Shown piece after piece: positions 16,933-24,992 of a stretch of DNA of 24,992 nucleotides. The notes below the pieces were generated by a model. The model was not told the origin of the DNA, did not search any database, and saw nothing but the letters and a program-made list of their open reading frames with translations. The position numbers and the translations under genes are program-made. Within the stretch, counting starts at the first letter, position 1, and every line of letters begins with the position of its first letter. The stretch is taken from contig JAUQYZ020000252.1 of NCBI GenBank assembly GCA_030587475.2, positions 1 through 24,992 on the forward strand, in the 5' to 3' direction. The DNA comes from Candidatus Sigynarchaeum calidifontis. Its GTDB lineage: Archaea > Asgardarchaeota > Lokiarchaeia > Sigyniarchaeales > Sigyniarchaeaceae.

Positions 16933-17901
16933 TCAGATGATCGTTTCGAGCGTGAACGTGATGCGGCCGAGCCGCTCTTGCAATTTCTGGTAGGAACCGG
17001 CGACGGCGTACAAGAGCAAGTAGAGGGTTTCCACGGCCGTGTCGACGCGCCGGATCATGATCGAGTGGTTCTCGATCTCGACGATGGCTGACTGGTGCTG
17101 GTCCATCTTGTTGTGCTCGATCGTGTGCTGCCAGTCGAGCAAGAGAACGACTGACCGGGCGGCGATCCCGACGATGTCTTCCATGTTCTCGCCGGGGAGC
17201 TGGCGCAAGGTCTTGGCAAGGATGGTGCCTTTCTGGTCGACTAGCAAGGCAATGCCGATTTCATCGTTCTCGGCGATGAGCTTGTCGAGAAACCGCTGCA
17301 TGCTCTCGAGCCGGGGGACGACATTGAACCAGACCTTGTTGAAAGCAACGAAGGTGCCCCACTCGTCCTTGATGGAGGTGCGGAATTCTTCCTCCAACTC
17401 GAAGCCGTGTTTCTTGGCGATGTTATCGAAATTATCCTTGAGGTCGTTGTATTCTACTTGCGTCCGGGTCTTCACGTCCTTGTACTCCTCCAGGTACAAG
17501 CCGTCGAACTTGTGGAGGAACAAGTAGACTTTCGGTTTCAAGCCAAGCTGGTTGATACTTGCGAGCGCTTTGTCGAAATAGTCCAGCGCCACGTCGTACC
17601 GGTCGCGGTCTTGCAAATCGACGACGTAGATCATGACGTCGGTGCTCTCGAAAAAAGCGATGCCCCCTTTTTCGACGTACTTTTTCCGGTACCTTTGCTG
17701 CCCGCCAAGATCGTGGATCAAGACTTGCTGGCCAAGTATCACGATTTCGGACCTGTCAACGCTTTTCGTAGGAACTGTGGTCAGCGCATCGGTCATTTTC
17801 TTCACGACGAGGTTCACGATGCTCGTTTTTCCCGCGTTGTCGAGACCAACGAGTAATATCTTCTTCGGCTTGGCCGCATCCTTTTCCTGGCTGCTGGACA
17901 T
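16933..17901 (-). CDS. Arf/Rag-like small GTPase with C-terminal roadblock/longin-like domain
   Basis: G1 GLDNAGKT, G2 PT, G3 DLGGQ, G4 HKFD, G5 TSI. The C-terminal ~120 aa have a helix / ALLVDQKGTILA beta hairpin / helix / three strands / helix pattern. Confidence 0.88.
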   Translation of the reverse strand: MSSSQEKDAAKPKKILLVGLDNAGKTSIVNLVVKKMTDALTTVPTKSVDRSEIVILGQQVLIHDLGGQQRYRKKYVEKGGIAFFESTDVMIYVVDLQDRDRYDVALDYFDKALASINQLGLKPKVYLFLHKFDGLYLEEYKDVKTRTQVEYNDLKDNFDNIAKKHGFELEEEFRTSIKDEWGTFVAFNKVWFNVVPRLESMQRFLDKLIAENDEIGIALLVDQKGTILAKTLRQLPGENMEDIVGIAARSVVLLLDWQHTIEHNKMDQHQSAIVEIENHSIMIRRVDTAVETLYLLLYAVAGSYQKLQERLGRITFTLETII

Positions 17902-18272
17902 GGTGCTTTCGATCTCGGGTTGCTGTGGTTATGCATTAGTATCTAAACGAGACCTTGTAAAGGCTCTCGATCTTGAACGATGATGCCAGGATGGATCGAA
18001 TCTATTTTTCATTTGAGGTGAAGTTCCGTTTAAAAATGGCCAAGCGATACCACGTTGGTTCAAGGGACGAGGAGTTTCAATAAATGCAAAAAGAAACACG
18101 ATCCAACCCCAGACAGCACGCCGGGGGATAAAGTTCTTATGCGGCTGATACGTATGACTATTGGCGCGAGTATGATGCTGTCGCCCCAGTCCGAGACTCG
18201 AATGGGCGAGTCGTTGACGATCCCAGCGACGAGTTGACTCCGCCATTCATCATTTCTTCGGGTGCTTCTTCG

Positions 18273-19133
18273 ATGACCGCCCGCTTCAACATCGGCACGT
18301 CTGGCTGGTCGTATGACGAGTGGGCGGGTGTAGTGTACCCGCCGGGCATCAAGGCAGCGAAACAGTTCGATTTCTACTCGCGCCTATTCACCACGGTCGA
18401 GATCAACAGCAGCTTCTACAACATACCCGGCGATATGGCCGTGCAGAGCTGGGCGAAAAAAGCTCCCGAGGACTTCACGTTCGCGGCAAAAATCTACAAG
18501 GGCATCACGCACGAGGCCAAGCTCGATTTCCGCAAGATGGGCAATTTACTCAACGCGTACATGAATCGCATGCGCCCGCTCGATGCCAAGATCCACTCCT
18601 ACTTGCTCCAGCTGCCCCCGTCGTTCTCGAAAGATGTCCCGCAGCACCTGGCTGACCTAGGTAAATTCCTCGCTTTCTGGGCGCGCAACTGGCCTCCCGA
18701 AAAGCTCGTCGTCGAGTTCCGCAACAAGTCTTGGTTCAACGATGACACGTACCAGCTCCTCAAGCAACACGAGGCCACCTTCTGCATCGTGATCGAGCCG
18801 GTCTTGCCGCAGAACCAGGTCGTCACCTACCCGAAGAAAAGTTACGTGCGGTTCCACGGCTTCGGCACGGACCCCATGTTCAACTACAACTTCGCGCCTG
18901 ACGAGCTCAAGGATTGGTCGGGCAAGCTCAAGTCGCTCGCGGGCAAGGTCGACGGCGACGTGCATGTCTATTTCAACAACCATTTCAGCGGATACGCCGT
19001 TAAAAATGCCCAGACGCTCATGGACTTCCTCGACATACCGCATCCAGACTTGGCCAAGCTCCAGCGCCAGTTTTCGCCGCAAAAAGGGCAGATCGCTCTC
19101 GATGCATTCTCGCCGGGAAAGAAAATCATTTAA
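18273..19133 (+). CDS. DUF72 (YecE/UPF0759) TIM-barrel protein
   Basis: IGTSGWSY, TVEINSSFY, ITH, LLQLPPSF, VEFRNKSW, YVRFHG, YFNNH and AVKNA. ATG 18273 preferred over TTG 18234. Confidence 0.93.
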   Translation: MTARFNIGTSGWSYDEWAGVVYPPGIKAAKQFDFYSRLFTTVEINSSFYNIPGDMAVQSWAKKAPEDFTFAAKIYKGITHEAKLDFRKMGNLLNAYMNRMRPLDAKIHSYLLQLPPSFSKDVPQHLADLGKFLAFWARNWPPEKLVVEFRNKSWFNDDTYQLLKQHEATFCIVIEPVLPQNQVVTYPKKSYVRFHGFGTDPMFNYNFAPDELKDWSGKLKSLAGKVDGDVHVYFNNHFSGYAVKNAQTLMDFLDIPHPDLAKLQRQFSPQKGQIALDAFSPGKKII

Positions 19134-19169
19134 AGAGGCCCGCTAGCATCTGGTGGGGCAGTGGGCTCA

Positions 19170-19676
19170 TCACGCCCCTTGGCCAGCCTTGCGAGCCCCG
19201 TGACGGATGCTCACCGCCACGCCCCGCTTGAAATAGTGCATGTCCCGGCCCGAGATGATGGCCTTGCCGACCGCGAGCACGTCCCGCTTGCCGTCGCACA
19301 CGTAAAGTTCCTGCGCGGGCCGGATCGCAAGTGACGGGTCGACGACGTGCTTGGCGAAGACATTTTTCCCGTCCTTGATGAACTCGGCGACGTCGTCGAT
19401 CACCTTGATGCCGTTGATCAACATGTCTCGCTCGAGACTGTTGAGGATACGGGCACCCGGGATGGATATGCTGAAGAATCCTTCCTCTGGACGCAACACG
19501 AATATGAGATCCCCGTCAAGATAAATGAAACGGATCTTGTGCGTGTTTTTCGAGCGTTCGATATTGATTCGCGCCTTATTATCTTGTAAAAACGTGGCAG
19601 CATGCTTGCCGAATTGCATTGCAGCGATCGCGGCCAAAATACGTAAATCCATCGGTGTCACTTGTTCCACGTGCAT
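19170..19676 (-). CDS. PUA-domain protein resembling the C-terminal domains of archaeosine tRNA-guanine transglycosylase
   Basis: QFG, THKIRFI, GARIL, GKNVFAKHV, IRP, LAVGKA and FKRGVAVSIRHG motifs. Confidence 0.85.
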   Translation of the reverse strand: MHVEQVTPMDLRILAAIAAMQFGKHAATFLQDNKARINIERSKNTHKIRFIYLDGDLIFVLRPEEGFFSISIPGARILNSLERDMLINGIKVIDDVAEFIKDGKNVFAKHVVDPSLAIRPAQELYVCDGKRDVLAVGKAIISGRDMHYFKRGVAVSIRHGARKAGQGA

Positions 19677-19715
19677 CACGGGTTTCGATCAAAGTCAAAC
19701 AACGGGAAATGGAAC

Positions 19716-19731
19716 GAAAAAGGAAAAAGGG
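19716..19731 (-). terminator. U-rich terminator candidate after the coiled-coil gene
   Basis: Minus strand reads CCCTTTTTCCTTTTTC about 20 nt after the stop at 19752. Confidence 0.35.
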
Positions 19732-19751
19732 TGGTGATGGATGGAGACCAC

Positions 19752-20564
19752 TTATTCGGAGGCCCTGTCGACCTTCATTGCTTTTTCCTTGCGCAAGTTC
19801 TTGAAGTACTCGAAATCCTTCGCTTCGATGATGACCTCCTTTTCCTTGAGCGTTTTCTTGAGCTCCTCGATCTTGCTCTTGAGGGCGACCTTTTCCTCCT
19901 CGGCAGCCTTCAGCTGCGCATCTTTTTTAGCGACTGCCTCCTTCTCGTCCTTGAGCTGCGAGGCGAGCTTGGCCTTGTCGTTTTCAAGCCCGGAGATCGT
20001 ATTGTTGAGGGCTGCGATCTTGCCTTCGAGCTCGGCGCGGATCGCGTCCTTTTCCGAGTAGAGCTGCTTGATTTCCTTGTCTTTGATGTCGCCCGTGGCG
20101 AGCAAGGCAGCCTTGACACCCTCGATCTCGCCCCGTAGCTCCCCGACCTTTGCCTCCTTCTCGGAAATCGTCACGAGCAACCGCTTGACCTCCGCTTCCG
20201 CCTCCTCCTTGCGCAGCTCGGCCTCCTTGATGCGCTCCTCGGACTTGTTGATGGTCTCCGTGAAGATCTGCTGTTCCCGCGTCAGCACCTCGACTTCTTT
20301 CTTGAGATCGGCCTTCTCTTCCTTGAGAGCGGATATTTCCTTGTGACGGTCGAGCAAGTCGTTCTCTAACTGCTTGATTCGAGGCTCAAGGCTCGCGATC
20401 TTTTCCTCGAGTCCTTTCTTCTCGATGGCAGCCTTGTCGACCGCTGCCTTGAGATCAGCAATCGTTTTCTGGTCATTCTCCATTTTCGACTTGAGTTCGA
20501 GGAGAAGCGTGCCGATGACCTTGTGTTCCTTGTCTGGTTTGGCCTTAATGAGGTCCCAGTCCAT
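19752..20564 (-). CDS. Long coiled-coil protein of unknown function
   Basis: K/E/L/A-rich heptads over nearly the whole length, with no TM or ATPase motif. Start ATG 20564 (GTG 20576 alternative). Confidence 0.85.
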   Translation of the reverse strand: MDWDLIKAKPDKEHKVIGTLLLELKSKMENDQKTIADLKAAVDKAAIEKKGLEEKIASLEPRIKQLENDLLDRHKEISALKEEKADLKKEVEVLTREQQIFTETINKSEERIKEAELRKEEAEAEVKRLLVTISEKEAKVGELRGEIEGVKAALLATGDIKDKEIKQLYSEKDAIRAELEGKIAALNNTISGLENDKAKLASQLKDEKEAVAKKDAQLKAAEEEKVALKSKIEELKKTLKEKEVIIEAKDFEYFKNLRKEKAMKVDRASE

Positions 20565-20650
20565 TGGTTCGTGCACCTTTCGAGCAAGTTTTCATGTCTC
20601 GCGGATTCACCATCCGCGGGGATTTTTAAAACGATGCAAATCCCCACAGC

Positions 20651-20697
20651 ACACTTGTGACAAGACTCAACCGGTGCTTAAATAAATTCACAAGTGT
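20651..20697. promoter_or_regulatory. 10-bp perfect inverted repeat bracketing a TATA-like sequence
   Basis: acacttgtga (20651-20660) and tcacaagtgt (20688-20697), with a 27-bp spacer containing cttaaataaa. Confidence 0.5.
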
Positions 20698-20775
20698 CCA
20701 GGAAGCCTTCCGCCAGCACGAGCACGGGAAGGCACCACCTGTTCGGAGACGGGCTGGCGATTACATGAGCCCGAG

Positions 20776-22254
20776 TCATTTCCGGAAGGACGCGAGCGTC
20801 TTGATCGTCGCTGGGATACGTGGCACGACATCGGCCGCGATCCGGCGCAAATACGGGCTTTTTATGAAACGGATGCTACCATGGAAGAGCGCATTCGTGC
20901 GCTTGAACGAAAACAACGAGCGCTTGAATCGAGCAACCATGTCGACGATCACGTCGCGCTCATCGGGCGTTCTTGACACGTCGATGAGCCTCGTGAGTGT
21001 TTCCCAGCGTTCAGCCTTCCGGACTATGCCTCCAACATCCACGTCGACGATGTCGTCGTCCCGCATCCACCCGCGCGCGATCGCATCGTCCCACAGGTGA
21101 ACACCAGAATAGACGTCAAGGATGTTAACGATCGGAAGGTCTATGTCCGATCGCATCGCGAAATCGAGGGTGTTCTTGATCTCCTCGATGGTTTCGGTCG
21201 GCGCGCCGACCATGAAGAGGCCGATGACGATCTCGATGCCCGCCTTGCGCACGTTGCGCAATGCCTTGTCGAACTGGTCGACCCGGGTCTTCTTGTTGTA
21301 GATGTCGAGGACGCGTTGCGACGTGCTTTCAAAGCCGAGCCAGATGAGCCGGCACCCGGCGCGATGCATCGCGGTGAACATGTCGACCGAGGCCTGGTCG
21401 ACACGACCGTCAACGTGCCAATTGATGTCTATGCGCTCTTTCTTGATAAGATCGCAAATCTCCAGGATACGGCTCTTTTTTAACGTGAAATTATCGTCGA
21501 CGAAATTCACGTCCGTGTAACCCTGCTCCGCGACGATGGAAAGCTCCGCGACGATGTTCTCGGGGCTCCTCGCCCGCCATTTCTGGCGCGCGAACCGGGA
21601 GCAAGCGCAGTACGTGCACGCGTACGGGCACCCGCGCGACGAGACCATGGTGGTGAACCGAGAGTGCGGGAGCTCGAATCCGCCGATCGCCCACTTGTAT
21701 GCATTGCCGGCGAGCTTGCGGTTTGGAAAGGGAATTTTATCGAGGTCCATCTCGAGCGGGGCGTCCGGAGTGGAGACAACACGGTGGCTCGTGTCACGGA
21801 AAGTGATGCCCTTGATACCCTCGGGATCCTTGCCGGGATGGCGGTCGAGCCACTGGCACAAGGCAAGGAAGGTCGCCTCGCCCTCGCCGCGCACGCAGAA
21901 ATCCACGATGTCGCCGTGTTTCCGGATGATGCGCTCCGCCTCGATCGACGCGAAGTAATGACCGAGCACGACGACCACGCGCGGGTTCCATGTCTTTATC
22001 GCTTTCACGAGTTCCATGAGATACAGGAACGGAAGGGTGAGGGCGCTCATGCCAACCACGTCCGGCGTGATTTTCTTGAGCCAAACCAGGATCTGCTCGT
22101 GGCTCCAGTGATTGGCTGCAGCGTCGAGTACCTTCACGGTAAACCCGTGCTGCTCGAGCACGGTGCCCAGGTAAACGATGCCGAGCGGTAAATACTGGAT
22201 GCTCTGGAAAACACTCTTGGCGTCCCACGGCGTGTTGATCAGCGCGATCTTCAT
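20776..22254 (-). CDS. Cobalamin-binding radical SAM protein
   Basis: N-terminal B12-binding domain (PLGIVYL, DVVGMS, GEGE), SRGCPYACTYC CxxxCxxC, DDNFT, RVD, GFES and FMVGAPTET. Confidence 0.92.
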   Translation of the reverse strand: MKIALINTPWDAKSVFQSIQYLPLGIVYLGTVLEQHGFTVKVLDAAANHWSHEQILVWLKKITPDVVGMSALTLPFLYLMELVKAIKTWNPRVVVVLGHYFASIEAERIIRKHGDIVDFCVRGEGEATFLALCQWLDRHPGKDPEGIKGITFRDTSHRVVSTPDAPLEMDLDKIPFPNRKLAGNAYKWAIGGFELPHSRFTTMVSSRGCPYACTYCACSRFARQKWRARSPENIVAELSIVAEQGYTDVNFVDDNFTLKKSRILEICDLIKKERIDINWHVDGRVDQASVDMFTAMHRAGCRLIWLGFESTSQRVLDIYNKKTRVDQFDKALRNVRKAGIEIVIGLFMVGAPTETIEEIKNTLDFAMRSDIDLPIVNILDVYSGVHLWDDAIARGWMRDDDIVDVDVGGIVRKAERWETLTRLIDVSRTPDERDVIVDMVARFKRSLFSFKRTNALFHGSIRFIKSPYLRRIAADVVPRIPATIKTLASFRK

Positions 22255-22409
22255 ATTTGGTCAGGCCATTCGATCTTGCATCTATCAATGCTAATACGCG
22301 TGCAAGGGCTTTATAGAGAATCCTTTTCCCTCGTCGTGAGCGAGCCCATCGAGAGTGTGGAAATACAAGAGGAGAACTGAGGATTGCCGTGAAAACTGAC
22401 GTTAAGCGT

Positions 22410-23639
22410 TCACGAGAACATCGTCGTCGACGACGTGCTCTTGAATCCTTGACTCAACACCTTATTTATCGCCTTCTCGAAGTCCTTGAACGTGACCGTG
22501 TCCCGCATGTCCCGCAACGCGAACATGCCGGCCTCGGTGCAGATCGCCTTGATATCGGCGCCCGTCGTCTTGTCCGCGAGCTGCACGAGCTTCGGGATCT
22601 TTGTTTTGACTTCTGGATCGACATGCATGCCGCGCATGTGGATCTGGAAGATTTCCTTGCGATCCTCCATCGTCGGTTCGCCGAATTCTATAAGCCGGTC
22701 AAACCTGCCCGGGCGCAGCAGCGCGGGGTCGAGGATGTCGGGGCGATTCGTCGCGGCCATGATTCTGATGTTGCCGCGCGGCGAGAAACCGTCCAGCTCC
22801 GAGAGCAATTGCATGAGCGTGCGCTGGACCTCGCGATCACCCGATGTTGCGACCTCGAGACGGCGACTCCCGATCGCGTCGAGCTCGTCGATGAAGATGA
22901 TCGCTTGATCCTTTTCTTTCGCCATCGCGAAGATCTCGCGCACGAGCCTCGCGCCTTCGCCGATGAATTTCTGTACCAGCTCCGAGCTGATGATCTTGAT
23001 GAAACAAGCCTTCGTCTCGTGGGCAACCGCTCTCGCGAGCAGCGTCTTGCCCGTGCCGGGCGGGCCAAATAGGAGCACGCCCTTGGGCGGGGTGATCCCG
23101 ATTTTTTCGAACAGCTCGGGATTCGTTAATGGTAACTCGACAGTTTCCCGGATCTCGCGGATTTGTTCTTGCAAGCCGCCGATGTCCTCGTAACTGACGT
23201 CAGGCTGTTCTTCGATCTCCATGCCACGCACGAATGGATCCTTCGAGCTCGGCAACGTCTCGACGACTGCCATCGTTCGCTGGTTGAGTGCCACGCGGCA
23301 GCCTGGCTTCAATTCATCCTTCGTGAGCTTGGAACTCGAGTTGACCACGAACTGGGGACCAGCACTCGATTTCACGATGAGCCGGCCGTCGTCGAGGGTC
23401 TCGATGAGCGACGCGCTGATCAAGGGCGGCTGGCGCAATCGATCGAGCTCGTTTCGCAAGCTATGCAGCTCGCGTTCGAGTCGCATCCGCTCCGCGTCGA
23501 GCAATTGCTTCTCGGTTTCGAGCGCACGCAATCTTCGTTCGAGATGGCGGGTATAGGTGACGAGATACGAGCCGTCTTGCTCGGTATCGCCTTCGTCGCC
23601 CTTCTTTTTCTTCACTGGCGGTGGGGTCGAAGTGGACAT
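22410..23639 (-). CDS. pan: Proteasome-activating nucleotidase
   Basis: N-terminal coiled coil plus OB domain (LKPGCRVALNQ), DIGGL, Walker A GPPGTGKT, KFIGEG pore loop, IIFIDELD, REVQRTLMQLL, LLRPGRFDR and C-terminal MFS (HbYX-like). Confidence 0.96.
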   Translation of the reverse strand: MSTSTPPPVKKKKGDEGDTEQDGSYLVTYTRHLERRLRALETEKQLLDAERMRLERELHSLRNELDRLRQPPLISASLIETLDDGRLIVKSSAGPQFVVNSSSKLTKDELKPGCRVALNQRTMAVVETLPSSKDPFVRGMEIEEQPDVSYEDIGGLQEQIREIRETVELPLTNPELFEKIGITPPKGVLLFGPPGTGKTLLARAVAHETKACFIKIISSELVQKFIGEGARLVREIFAMAKEKDQAIIFIDELDAIGSRRLEVATSGDREVQRTLMQLLSELDGFSPRGNIRIMAATNRPDILDPALLRPGRFDRLIEFGEPTMEDRKEIFQIHMRGMHVDPEVKTKIPKLVQLADKTTGADIKAICTEAGMFALRDMRDTVTFKDFEKAINKVLSQGFKSTSSTTMFS

Positions 23640-23724
23640 GGTTATCTCTTCGAAGGTTTTGCAGATCGGGTCGCGAATGGCCTTGGCAGATCCGTGCGTT
23701 TCGAGGAACTATAGCTTGTGGAGG

Positions 23725-23735
23725 ATATAATTTCG
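23725..23735 (-). promoter_or_regulatory. BRE + TATA candidate for pan
   Basis: Minus strand CGAAATTATAT about 85 bp upstream of the pan ATG. Confidence 0.5.
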
Positions 23736-24040
23736 CTTGTTTAATCGAAAAACCGCCTAAAATACTTGATGCCATGCCGGAAATCCCGGCCGATGCGTTT
23801 TTATGCGCCGCGCGATCGATCGGCACCTAGTTCGCTCCGCGATGGACGGGCCGAGCATCTCTAACATGTGCCTATGTAAGCCGGCTCGATAGCTTTAAAT
23901 GGCCTTGCATGTATGGTTGCATCAGTTGGCAGCAGACCAACATACGCCGCGTGTCCGTGGCGAGCAACGGATCACCCGCGCATGATCAGGCGCGTGGGCG
24001 CAAATACCCACGAGTTAGCTTATTTTAGAAAAGAGGTAAA

Positions 24041-24050
24041 TATTTAAATA
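24041..24050. promoter_or_regulatory. Palindromic TATA box upstream of the second tfb
   Basis: TATTTAAATA preceded by purine-rich AAAAGAGGTAAA. Confidence 0.5.
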
Positions 24051-24224
24051 CTCGGGCGTACATTTAGTAGGATCCAGCGATCGAGTAGCAAGGTCATCAG
24101 TGTTAGATGACTTCAAGTTCCATTTCAAGCCGTCCGGTCGAGTGCCCTTGAACTGCGAGGCAGTTGGGGCTCCGATTGGCAAAAAAGAACAATGATACAA
24201 CCACAATAATGATTTCAAGGAGGC

Positions 24225-24992
24225 ATGATGCCCATGAGCAAGACGATCATCCCATCACGCGAATCAAAAATCATCAAGCCTGACCAACCATACGATTTCG
24301 AGGACAATCCAAACACCTGCCCCGAGTGTGGGAAGCACGAGATCATTTCCGATGCCCAACGTGGCGAGAGCGTGTGTTCGAGCTGCGGCCTGGTACTCCA
24401 GGATCGCGCCATGAATTCCGAACAAGAGCGCCGCGCGTTCACGACCGAGGAAAAGGCCAAGCGCATGCGCACGGGCAGCCCGGTCACGAATCTCTTGCCG
24501 GACATGGGGCTCACGACCATCATCGACACGCCCAGCCCGCAGAACCAGCGGCTTTACCGCGCAGTCAAGTGGCAGAACCGGCTGCCGTGGTCGAAGCGCA
24601 ACATCCTCATCGCCACGACCGAGATCAAGCGCATCGGCGGCATCTTGAACCTGCCCCAGGACGTCAAGGAAACCTCGGCGCAGATCTACAAGAAGGCGTT
24701 CAACAAGAAGCTGCTCCGCGGTCGCTCGATCAAGGCCATGGTCGCCGCGTGCATCTATTACGCGTGCCGCGCGAGCAAGATCCCCCGCACGATGCAGGAA
24801 ATCCTGGACCAATCCACGGTCGATGGCAAGGAGCTGCGCAAGGCGTACCGCACGCTGATCAAGGAGCTCGGCCTCAAGGTCCCGTCGCTCGACCCGACCG
24901 CTCTCGTGGCCAAGTACACGAGCGAGCTGCACGTGTCCAGTGCCGTGGAGAAGCGGGTGGTCGAGATCCTGCGCCAGGTCAAGAACGAGCGT
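24225..24992 (+). CDS. tfb: Second TFB paralog (3'-truncated by the window; absent from the ORF track)
   Basis: Manual translation gives MMPMSKT...CPECG...RGESVCSSCGLV...ERRAF...RTGSP...KKLLRGRSIKAMVAACIYYACR...PRT. AGGAGG at 24218-24223; start ATG 24225, 24228 or 24234. Confidence 0.95.
   Translation, partial: MMPMSKTIIPSRESKIIKPDQPYDFEDNPNTCPECGKHEIISDAQRGESVCSSCGLVLQDRAMNSEQERRAFTTEEKAKRMRTGSPVTNLLPDMGLTTIIDTPSPQNQRLYRAVKWQNRLPWSKRNILIATTEIKRIGGILNLPQDVKETSAQIYKKAFNKKLLRGRSIKAMVAACIYYACRASKIPRTMQEILDQSTVDGKELRKAYRTLIKELGLKVPSLDPTALVAKYTSELHVSSAVEKRVVEILRQVKNER

Noticed and set aside
18132-18272. Open frame upstream of and in frame with DUF72
   Set aside because: No ATG, and the DUF72 family normally starts just before IGTSGW.
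19167-19172. TGA stops of minus-strand genes as selenocysteine codons served by the 18191-18261 hairpin
   Set aside because: Each TGA falls at the natural family C-terminus (the PUA gene has tandem TGA TGA), and none is a known selenoprotein family.
22410-22425. PAN C-terminus MFS instead of HbYX with Tyr
   Set aside because: Phe at this position is a common variant among archaeal PANs.
23876-23890. GCCGGCTTAC on the minus strand resembling the RNase P RNA 3' motif
   Set aside because: The matching 5' GAGGAAAGTCC-type motif is absent from the gap.

Overview
Archaeal chromosomal DNA, very likely from an Asgard archaeon (Lokiarchaeia/Promethearchaeota-like). This is inferred from two TFB genes, PAN, an archaeal-type ApgM and a PUA protein occurring together with two eukaryote-like small GTPases (one Rab-like, one Arf/Rag-like with a C-terminal roadblock-type domain) and a large single-pass surface protein with Ig-like repeats. 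Other genes are a GH95 glycosidase, DUF6304-like, flippase-like membrane, YdjM-type hydrolase, DUF1963/YwqG, DUF72, coiled-coil and B12-radical SAM proteins. A second, divergent TFB (24225 to window end) is missing from the ORF track because its stop lies outside the window. No tRNA, rRNA, CRISPR array or transposase was recognised. The most interesting leads are a hydrophobic micro-ORF overlapping the Rab-like GTPase stop, a modular receptor-like surface protein with a cytoplasmic four-CxxC tail, the Arf/Rag-roadblock fusion, a K-turn/SECIS-like hairpin at 18191-18261 and the TFB paralog with an altered B-reader. All family calls come from motif recognition by eye, not database searches.
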